Virus record (IMG/VR): IMGVR_UViG_3300045988_017927
Coordinates: 1 to 43,643 of that record
Source of the DNA: a virus
Reading direction: 5' to 3' (one strand)
Length of the DNA stretch: 43,643 nucleotides
Under the pieces are notes generated by a model. That model saw only the letters and a list, made by a program, of their open reading frames with translations. It did not search any database and was not told where the DNA came from. Shown here piece by piece: positions 8,030 to 14,465 of the stretch. Position 1 is the stretch's first letter, and each line of letters begins with the position of its first letter. Position numbers and translations under genes: made by a program.

Positions 8030-8209
8030 ACCAAATAACTTGTGGAGAAGCAGTTTGATAATAAGGAAAACCCCTACCCCAACAATCGAACCCAATATAG
8101 AGCCGACAATTGCCAAAAAGGTACAACTTATCATTAACCCGGTATAACTCCAAAGCCAATCGTCAATGACGTCTTTGATTTTTTCAAAGGCTTTTTTTAT
8201 TTTCTTCAT
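8009..8209 (-). CDS. Small membrane protein (66 aa) downstream of cro
   Basis: Two hydrophobic stretches (LMISCTFLAIVGSILGSIVGVGVFLIIKLLL). Overlaps the plus-strand gene tail-to-tail by 21 nt. Confidence 0.45.
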   Translation of the reverse strand: MKKIKKAFEKIKDVIDDWLWSYTGLMISCTFLAIVGSILGSIVGVGVFLIIKLLLHKLFGLPFTVD

Positions 8210-8234
8210 TTTGTTTATTGTTTCCTTTCTAATC

Positions 8235-8252
8235 TATACGAAATTTCGTATA
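8235..8252. promoter_or_regulatory. Perfect 18-bp palindrome TATACGAAATTTCGTATA, distal operator candidate
   Basis: It is its own reverse complement. The same half-site (T)ATACGA recurs in the switch region at 8506-8523, 8537-8543 and 8568-8574. Confidence 0.55.
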
Positions 8253-8268
8253 TCTAGGTTAAAAAAAT

Positions 8269-8472
8269 TTAGGCTTCGACACGTTCGCTGAATAGGTATT
8301 CTAATTCATATTCTGGGAAGAACGCCTTCTTGATAGCTACTGTTTCGCCAAAACTGAAATCTGTAACACCGTTGATTTTGCTACGAACCGTGCGGTAATC
8401 AACTCCGAGCAAGTCTGCGATGTCTACTAATGTTACGCCTTTACTCTTACGAATTTCTTCAATGTTTTTCAT
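8269..8472 (-). CDS. Cro-like XRE-family HTH regulator
   Basis: 67 aa with KGVTLVDIADLLGVDYRTVRSKING. First gene of the minus-strand early operon, divergent from the repressor. Confidence 0.75.
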   Translation of the reverse strand: MKNIEEIRKSKGVTLVDIADLLGVDYRTVRSKINGVTDFSFGETVAIKKAFFPEYELEYLFSERVEA

Positions 8473-8501
8473 TTGCTTCCTCCTTCCTTAAGCTTGATTT
8501 A

Positions 8502-8530
8502 AGTATATACTAATTTTCGTACACTGTCAA
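8502..8530 (-). promoter_or_regulatory. Early lytic promoter (TTGACA-17 nt-TATACT)
   Basis: Minus strand reads TTGACAgtgtacgaaaattagtaTATACT. An operator-like 15/18 match to the palindrome overlaps the spacer and -10. Confidence 0.65.
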
Positions 8531-8561
8531 CAGAAAAATACGATTTTTTTTACTTTTTTTA

Positions 8562-8590
8562 TTTACCTATACGATTTTCTGTGTTAATAT
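8562..8590 (+). promoter_or_regulatory. Repressor (lysogenic) promoter TTTACC-17 nt-TGtTAATAT
   Basis: Extended -10 TGTTAATAT at 8582-8590. The half-site TATACGA (8568-8574) lies in the spacer. Confidence 0.55.
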
Positions 8591-8621
8591 ATAGGTAGAA
8601 ATAAAAATGAGGGTTATAAAA

Positions 8622-8966
8622 ATGCAGGCTGAAGAAAGAATTAAAGAGCTTATTATAGCTAAATATGGAAATGTTAGAGCTTTTGCGACAGAAAGCGGCA
8701 TCTCTTACACTACTGTTCGCTCTATTTTGGAACGTGGTATCATGAACGCAAAAGCTGAGAATGTTTTCAAGATATGTCATTTATTGGGGATATCACCAGA
8801 CACTGTTGCAGATTGGGGAGTTTCCGAAGAACAACAACCCAGCCCCCATGACATCGACGAAATCATAGCCAATGCCATGATGTTCGACGGCAAACCTCTT
8901 ACCGAGAGCGACAAACGTGCCATTCGTGGCATAATCGCTGGTTACATGAGTAGCAAGGAGAAATAG
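8622..8966 (+). CDS. XRE-family phage repressor (ImmR/CI-like, no S24 peptidase domain)
   Basis: HTH NVRAFATESGISYTTVRSILERG. ATG 8622 is preferred (GAGGG 8 nt upstream); the alternative start is 8607. Confidence 0.8.
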   Translation: MQAEERIKELIIAKYGNVRAFATESGISYTTVRSILERGIMNAKAENVFKICHLLGISPDTVADWGVSEEQQPSPHDIDEIIANAMMFDGKPLTESDKRAIRGIIAGYMSSKEK

Positions 8967-8967
8967 T

Positions 8968-9396
8968 ATGGTAAGTATCGCTATGAAGCCAAATCCGTTT
9001 AAGGAAAAGATTGCTGGGGTCAAACTTTCTGAAGCTGACAGCGGCGAAGAACTTAGCACATTAAACAAGTTATCGAGTTATCCGACGGGCGTGGCGCTGA
9101 ATTGTTCTATAGACTTCTTCAACATCCAACCCGAAACGAACTACACGCTAGTAGTTACTGCAAATTTTCCGAGTGGAGAGTCTCATCCCTTCCATGCTAC
9201 GAACGTCTATATACCAAAGTCAAGCATTTCAGCCCCTGATAATGAAGGGTACGGGAAAGCGGCCGGGGATTTTGCCTTTGATTTAACCTTGATGGAAAAA
9301 GGGGATTTGTTCCTGTTGTTCGCTTTGATAAAGGGTGATAAGGTTGCTGATACATTTTACTGCTACTATTATTTCGGGGGTGGTATAAATGGATAA
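8968..9396 (+). CDS. Hypothetical soluble beta-rich protein (142 aa), lysogeny operon
   Basis: Starts 1 nt after the repressor stop. No TM segment, signal peptide or recognisable motif. Ends YCYYYFGGGING. Confidence 0.6.
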   Translation: MVSIAMKPNPFKEKIAGVKLSEADSGEELSTLNKLSSYPTGVALNCSIDFFNIQPETNYTLVVTANFPSGESHPFHATNVYIPKSSISAPDNEGYGKAAGDFAFDLTLMEKGDLFLLFALIKGDKVADTFYCYYYFGGGING

Positions 9397-9961
9397 TACT
9401 CGAGATATCGAAATTCCTAAAACAAATGACACCGCAAACGCTAGACAGTCTAAGGTAACTTCTATAGACTCCGGCAAAAGAATCAACACCCAAACACCCC
9501 ATGCAAGTGATATAATGGACTTACAAAATCAAATAGATGAGGTAAGAAAAATGGCTATTGACTTGTATCGTGAACTGGATATCCAGGCGCTTGAGCAAAG
9601 ATTGGAAAAGAACGAAGAAAACACTCAACGCATTCTCCAGCAAACAGCCCAGAGTTTAAATCAAGATAAGACTGAGCTATCTCTCCGCACTGACCAGTTA
9701 GGACGTCGTATTGAAAAAATTGAAAACAAACTGGACGACATGTATGCCAAAAACGAACTGGACTTAAAATTCCAGATGATGGACCAAAAGATTGACGCTA
9801 AATTTGATACCTTTGGTCAACGCATGGAAAACATGTTCTTAGCACAAACCAATAGGCAACTTGAGGAACAAGCCAAGAATAGAAAAGAATTCACTTATTG
9901 GTTTATTGGTATCCTTGTAGCTCTTGCCGGTATTGCTATTCCTGTCTGGTTCGGCAAATAA
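9389..9961 (+). CDS. Tail-anchored coiled-coil membrane protein (190 aa), XhlA-like architecture
   Basis: The ATG overlaps the upstream stop by 8 nt. Long heptad-rich region, then the C-terminal TM segment FTYWFIGILVALAGIAIPVWFGK. Confidence 0.6.
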   Translation: MDNTRDIEIPKTNDTANARQSKVTSIDSGKRINTQTPHASDIMDLQNQIDEVRKMAIDLYRELDIQALEQRLEKNEENTQRILQQTAQSLNQDKTELSLRTDQLGRRIEKIENKLDDMYAKNELDLKFQMMDQKIDAKFDTFGQRMENMFLAQTNRQLEEQAKNRKEFTYWFIGILVALAGIAIPVWFGK

Positions 9962-9976
9962 TATCATGGAGGCTCT

Positions 9977-10345
9977 ATGACTGAAAGTGAATTGCTTGAG
10001 CAGTTCAACGTGTCTCTTTGTGAGTTCGACTCTAGTCAGTGGCCCAGAAACGGCTTTATCGACACGATAAATAGGGTTGTTTACATCAACGGGGATTTAG
10101 ACCAAGACACTCGTTTAAAGGTTATTTTGCATGAAATAGGGCACTTAGAACACGATTCTAAAAACTATGAGCGATTGCGTGAGAAATACGAAGCTCAAGC
10201 TAATAGAAATATGATCCATGAATTGTTGAAAAACGAAAATCTTGATGATTTTAATTACTTACACTTTATGGAAAAATATAATCTCACCACTATTTGTGAT
10301 GAGACTTTTGTAAAAAATGAATATTTAAAAATGATGAGGAATTGA
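9977..10345 (+). CDS. ImmA/IrrE-family (DUF955) zinc metallopeptidase
   Basis: HEIGHLEH (HExxH) followed by EAQANRNMIHELL. Typical partner of XRE repressors that lack an autocleavage domain. Confidence 0.7.
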   Translation: MTESELLEQFNVSLCEFDSSQWPRNGFIDTINRVVYINGDLDQDTRLKVILHEIGHLEHDSKNYERLREKYEAQANRNMIHELLKNENLDDFNYLHFMEKYNLTTICDETFVKNEYLKMMRN

Positions 10346-10346
10346 T

Positions 10347-10802
10347 ATGAAACTTTTGAAAAAATACAAATGGTATATCTTAACAATTATAGTTTTATTC
10401 TGTTTTGGCTTAATGTTTGTGCCACGGTCTGGGAAGGAACCGAAGGAAACAAAACAGTCTAAGACTGTCAAAGTAACAAAACACTCCAAAAAGTCAAGCA
10501 AGCATAGTTCTTCTTCGACTTCAAAAGTTTCTAGCAGTTCAAGTTCAGAGCAACCGCAACAACCACAAGAACAGACGCAAACTGAGGCTTCTCAAGATCA
10601 GCAAGAAAAACCTATTGACGGTGTAGGGCCTACGCAATCACAAGTAGACCAAGCGACTGAACAATATGGGTATACTCCGGGGTATGGCGGAGTGCCTTCC
10701 GATTCTCCTGAGATAGCAAGAGAACAATCAGACCAACAAGCACGCGAAAACTGGCATGATAGTCAAGTTGAGTGGGCTAAACAACAAGGGCTTATGGATT
10801 AA
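10347..10802 (+). CDS. N-terminally membrane-anchored Ser/Gln-rich extracellular protein (superinfection-exclusion candidate)
   Basis: TM segment WYILTIIVLFCFGLMFV with no lipobox. Low-complexity stretch SSKHSSSSTSKVSSSSSSEQPQQPQEQ. Located next to int. Confidence 0.55.
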   Translation: MKLLKKYKWYILTIIVLFCFGLMFVPRSGKEPKETKQSKTVKVTKHSKKSSKHSSSSTSKVSSSSSSEQPQQPQEQTQTEASQDQQEKPIDGVGPTQSQVDQATEQYGYTPGYGGVPSDSPEIAREQSDQQARENWHDSQVEWAKQQGLMD

Positions 10803-10807
10803 CCCAA

Positions 10808-10831
10808 TAAAAAAACCAGTCTTTCGACTGG
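10808..10831 (-). terminator. Minus-strand intrinsic terminator between two plus-strand genes
   Basis: Minus strand reads CCAGTC-gaaa-GACTGG followed by TTTTTTTT. Confidence 0.6.
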
Positions 10832-10916
10832 CCAAACTATATCAAGGGAGTGTGTGAGATAAATAGTAAAACCCTCACCACCGCCCTTTTATTATACCAT
10901 AATAGAGGACTAAACA

Positions 10917-11996
10917 ATGGCATCATACAGAAAACGGGAGAACGGTTGGGAGTATCGGATAAACTACTACGATTCGACTGGGAAACGCAAACCAAAGTCA
11001 AAGGGTGGTTTTAGGACAAAATCTGAAGCCATCAAGGCTGCTGCTGAGATGGAGCTGAAAATACAAGACGGCTTGAATGTGGATGAAGATATTACTCTTT
11101 ACGCTTATTTTAAGCAATGGTGCGAAGTTTATAAGAAACCTACCGTTTCAAAAATAACTTATAAGGCATATATCAACACTCAACGCAAGATAGAATTATT
11201 CTTTAGTGACAAGAAACTGAAATCTGTTACTGCTACACAATACCAGCGTGTGCTGAATAGCTACGCTAAAACTCACGCTCAAGATACTGTCGAGCGTTTT
11301 AATGTGCATGTCAAATCATGTATTGAAATGGCAGTGCATGAAGGATATATCAAACGCAACTTTTGTAAATTCGCTAAAATCAATGCTAAGAACAAAGGGC
11401 GTGATATCGAAACGAAATTCCTGGAGGTCGAAGAATACGAGCGATTGATCTATGAGGCAAGCAAACATCCAGAGTATGCGTCTTATGCAGCACTCTATAT
11501 CATAGCTAAAACTGGTATCCGTTTTGCTGAGTGTCTAGGCTTAACGGTGGATGATATCAACAGAGACACTGGCATGTTATCAGTCAATAAAACGTGGGAC
11601 TATAAAAATAACACTGGCTTTCTACCGACAAAAACAAAAAGCAGTATCCGAGAGATACCGCTTGATGATGATTTTATAAATTTTATTGACCAACTACCAC
11701 CTACTGAAGACGGCAGACTACTACCTTCACTATCCAACAATGCAGTTAATAAAACCTTGCGGAAAATTGTTGGTCGTGAGGTGCGTGTCCATTCGTTAAG
11801 GCATACTTACGCTAGCTACTTAATAGCCCATGATATCGACTTGATTTCCGTGTCGCAAGTTTTAGGGCATGAGAACTTAAACATTACACTAGAGGTTTAC
11901 GCCCACCAGTTACAAGAACAGAAATCACGAAACGATGAAAAAATAAAACAAATGTGGACAGAATGTGGACAAAACGCTTTAAAACCGCATGGTTAA
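10917..11996 (+). CDS. int: Tyrosine integrase with N-terminal arm-type DNA-binding domain
   Basis: N-terminus YRKRENGWEYRINYYDSTGKRKPKSKGGFRTKSEA. Catalytic region GIRFAECLGL...HSLRHTYASYL...LGHENLNITLEVYAH (R, H-x-x-R and Y residues). Confidence 0.9.
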   Translation: MASYRKRENGWEYRINYYDSTGKRKPKSKGGFRTKSEAIKAAAEMELKIQDGLNVDEDITLYAYFKQWCEVYKKPTVSKITYKAYINTQRKIELFFSDKKLKSVTATQYQRVLNSYAKTHAQDTVERFNVHVKSCIEMAVHEGYIKRNFCKFAKINAKNKGRDIETKFLEVEEYERLIYEASKHPEYASYAALYIIAKTGIRFAECLGLTVDDINRDTGMLSVNKTWDYKNNTGFLPTKTKSSIREIPLDDDFINFIDQLPPTEDGRLLPSLSNNAVNKTLRKIVGREVRVHSLRHTYASYLIAHDIDLISVSQVLGHENLNITLEVYAHQLQEQKSRNDEKIKQMWTECGQNALKPHG

Positions 11997-12142
11997 AGGC
12001 TTAAAAATGTCCCCTGCCAACGAAAAGATGTAAAATATAAAAATAAATGAAAACTACAAAGGCTTGACTTTACTAGGTTTTTATAGTTTTTATTTTTATT
12101 TATTTTCGTAGTTTTTTGAAAAAGGTGGACAGAAAGGTGGAC

Positions 12143-12171
12143 AAAAAAAGAACCACCCATAAAAGGGCGGC
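12143..12171 (-). terminator. Intrinsic terminator (unit 0)
   Basis: Minus strand GCCGCCC-ttttat-GGGTGGT (two G-U pairs) followed by TCTTTTTTT. Confidence 0.5.
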
Positions 12172-12212
12172 ATCTACCTATGAAGGCTATTCTCAAAACC
12201 AATACTATTATA

Positions 12213-12241
12213 ACACAAAAAGGACTGTCGAAACAATCCTT
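12213..12241 (-). terminator. Intrinsic terminator (unit 1)
   Basis: Minus strand AAGGATTG-tttcga-CAGTCCTT followed by TTT, running directly into GTGTTATAAT. Confidence 0.55.
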
Positions 12242-12346
12242 TCCAGAAAATTCCATCGGGCTACGTGCACATAGCTTACATGGCGCTGAGCTCAATCAGT
12301 CTTTGGAACAGTCAAGGCTTGCTTGCTGTAGGTATATTATACCACA

Positions 12347-12380
12347 GAAAAATAAAAAACACCTCCTAACAAGAGATGTT
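12347..12380 (-). terminator. Intrinsic terminator (unit 2)
   Basis: Minus strand AACATCTC-ttgttag-GAGGTGTT followed by TTTTTATTTTT. Confidence 0.6.
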
Positions 12381-12663
12381 TTCCGCAAATGGGTCCCGTA
12401 AGATTATCCACAGCTATTCCTATTAATTTTAACACAAAAAAAATAAAAAACCCTGCGTCAGAGCGTATCTGTCCATAGTGGATGCAGGGGGATTGTCGTT
12501 TCATGTATATTATAGCACAAAAAAAGGCCTTAGCAGTCGCCAAACTCACAAGCCTTTAAGCATTCACAACTAAAACGCAACACACTGGCAGGCAAGCCAT
12601 ATTATGTCGGGTTTTAGAACACTTATAAAGATACCTCAATTATACCACAATCCGAATTTATAA

Positions 12664-12697
12664 CAAATAAAAAAGCCCCAGCACAATGCTGAGGCTT
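12664..12697 (-). terminator. Intrinsic terminator after the endolysin
   Basis: Minus strand AAGCCTCAGCA-ttgt-GCTGGGGCTT followed by TTTTTTATTT. Confidence 0.7.
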
Positions 12698-12776
12698 CGA
12701 CCACTACCACCATGATGTCCGAACTGTGGTCTGTCGGGAGGTGATATACTCCTTTTATTTTATTTTTGTTCGTGAT

Positions 12777-14162
12777 CTATTTTCCAGTTTGGCCTTGTGT
12801 AGCTTGTGCACGTTCTTCAATCGCTTTAACAACCGATGCGCTAGCTTCATTGATTGCCTTAGAGACTGCTGCCGTATCATTTGACTGACTATTCAAGAAG
12901 CGGTCAAAATCATCGTCTGGCAAGGTCAAGTGTTTAGCTCCCGCTGAACGTAGAGCGTCTACTGTTCCCATTGAGCCGATACCAAATACACGACCATTAA
13001 CTACACCAAGATATCCTTGGCTTCCGCTTTCGCTACGCAATACATAATCCATATTTTCTTCTTCCTCTTTCTGATTTACTAAACTATCACCGTCATTGAT
13101 GATAACAACATTTTTATCCAATCCACCAGCTAAGCCGGTTGATGTAAACTGCCACCAGCGTGTGTGTTCCATGTTTGGATACACGCCCCAATATGGCTCT
13201 GGGCGTACCTCATAATCTGGGTACGCTGCAATCCATAGGCTATTTGGATAGCGTGCAGTGATTTGATCTACATACACATTAGCTAGTGTATACGGCTTGT
13301 AACTGTAATAGATTGGTTCAAAGCCGTTTGATTTACAAACATCCATAAACGCTAGGACTGCATTAGTATTCGCTTGCTTATCACCGCTTGCCCCATCTTC
13401 ATAATCACACACTAAGTAGCGTGGGTGTGATGGCAGATTACTGATAAAATAATTAGCTTCAGCTTGCGCCGTTGCTACATCTCCACCGAATCGTGCAAAG
13501 TGATAGTAACCAATACAATTACTTGTGTTAGTTTGTTGAGTAGCTACTGAGCTAACCCAGCCCACACCCTCGGTTACTTTAATAACCGTGTTATTAGTGC
13601 CAGACGCTTGACAGATACCAGTCAAGTCTCCCGGTTGGTATGCTGATACGTCGATAAAATAATTATCTTGTGCCATACCGTCAAACGGCAATTCAAACCA
13701 CCCAACCATTTGCTGACTTGGTGCACTCCAGTCGATATAGCTGAAATTACCGGCGCTATCAAGATTGCGTGTTACCTTGCGTGTCCACCCACCGTTGTAT
13801 AGAGCATCACCGTTGCCGTCGATATTCTGTTCGACTGTGGTGACTGTCCCGTCTGGGTTTTCTGCGACCACGAAACCAATGTGCCCGAATTGGTGATATG
13901 GCAAGCAGTTAGTTACCCAAACACTGCCTACCGGTGGGTTATTCGCACCGTTAAAGTAAGTGACTTTCAAACCTAGACTTTCAGCACGGCTTAACGCATC
14001 AATAGCGTTTAAGTAGCTGAAATTAAGATTAAACAAGCCTTGATATTGCAACACGTTGTCAATCAAAGCCACGCACTGACCACCATAAGGATTGGTAGGC
14101 ACGGTTACACGTTGATTGACTAGGCTTTCAAGCGCGTTTAATAACTGTGTTTTAGATGTCAT
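12777..14162 (-). CDS. Endolysin: N-terminal CHAP, central GH25 muramidase, C-terminal putative wall-binding domain
   Basis: CHAP residues GGQCVALID and FGHIGFVV..EQN. GH25 motifs FIDVSAYQ, VIKVTEG, YYHFARF, CDYED. The distinct C-terminal ~90 aa follow a KEEEEN linker. Confidence 0.85.
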   Translation of the reverse strand: MTSKTQLLNALESLVNQRVTVPTNPYGGQCVALIDNVLQYQGLFNLNFSYLNAIDALSRAESLGLKVTYFNGANNPPVGSVWVTNCLPYHQFGHIGFVVAENPDGTVTTVEQNIDGNGDALYNGGWTRKVTRNLDSAGNFSYIDWSAPSQQMVGWFELPFDGMAQDNYFIDVSAYQPGDLTGICQASGTNNTVIKVTEGVGWVSSVATQQTNTSNCIGYYHFARFGGDVATAQAEANYFISNLPSHPRYLVCDYEDGASGDKQANTNAVLAFMDVCKSNGFEPIYYSYKPYTLANVYVDQITARYPNSLWIAAYPDYEVRPEPYWGVYPNMEHTRWWQFTSTGLAGGLDKNVVIINDGDSLVNQKEEEENMDYVLRSESGSQGYLGVVNGRVFGIGSMGTVDALRSAGAKHLTLPDDDFDRFLNSQSNDTAAVSKAINEASASVVKAIEERAQATQGQTGK

Positions 14163-14180
14163 AGGTCTCCTTTCTCATAA

Positions 14181-14453
14181 TTATTTTTGAATAGATTGTT
14201 TAATCTCCGAGATAGTTCTCTCCAACTCTTCGACCTTCTGTTTTAAAGTGTCAATTTCGTTTGTAGGTAATTGAGATTTGGTTACAAGTGGGTCTTCCGC
14301 AAATTTATTTTGTTCTAGAACCTGTAGGAAAAAGTTGTTATATGTTGGAAATAACCCATACGCTTGACCGATAGACAACGATGAAGATTGTTTCCCTTTA
14401 ATTTCACCGATATCGCGGCCAATGGCTTCAATGGCCTTGCTTAAATTGCTCAT
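14181..14453 (-). CDS. Hypothetical 90-aa protein; its N-terminus is related to the next ORF
   Basis: MSNLSKAIEAIGRDIGEIK resembles MSKLHDFAQAVGADIKEIK of 14466..14801. C-terminal coiled coil. Confidence 0.5.
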   Translation of the reverse strand: MSNLSKAIEAIGRDIGEIKGKQSSSLSIGQAYGLFPTYNNFFLQVLEQNKFAEDPLVTKSQLPTNEIDTLKQKVEELERTISEIKQSIQK

Positions 14454-14465
14454 AAATCAACCTCC

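Larger units (their letters stand above)
12207..12649 (-). repeat. Five dispersed copies of TTTTTGTGnTATAAT(A) on the minus strand (extended -10-like or arm-type-site-like motif)
   Basis: Plus-strand ATTATA cores at 12207, 12336, 12509 and 12639, plus ATTTTA at 12426. Each is followed by nCACA and an A-run. All five share one orientation. Confidence 0.8.
11997..12776. other. Non-coding int-lysin spacer; attP must lie here (core not identifiable without a host sequence)
   Basis: In the circular form, int and the endolysin are the two prophage ends. There are no credible ORFs, and repeats and hairpins are dense. Confidence 0.7.

Noticed and set aside
8559-8780. Minus-strand 73-aa ORF spanning the genetic switch and the repressor 5' end
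   Set aside because: It overlaps the promoters and operators and the well-supported repressor gene. The translation is Asn/Phe/Ser-rich and there is no RBS.
9197-9502. Minus-strand ORFs (9197..9502, 9283..9489, 8793..9068) antisense to the lysogeny operon
   Set aside because: They have no RBS or promoter and overlap the coupled plus-strand genes. Their composition is atypical.
11993-12549. ORFs in the int-lysin spacer (11993..12295 minus, 12180..12401 plus, 12337..12549 minus)
   Set aside because: They lack Shine-Dalgarno sequences, run straight through several terminator hairpins and poly-A/T tracts, and have odd composition. They are treated as non-coding. The leaderless-start possibility for 12337..12549 is mentioned only within the spacer finding.
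12207-12649. Could the five spaced repeats be a CRISPR array or mini-array?
   Set aside because: The repeat unit is only about 17 nt and degenerate. Spacing is irregular (81-131 bp), there is no palindromic CRISPR-like repeat and no cas genes.
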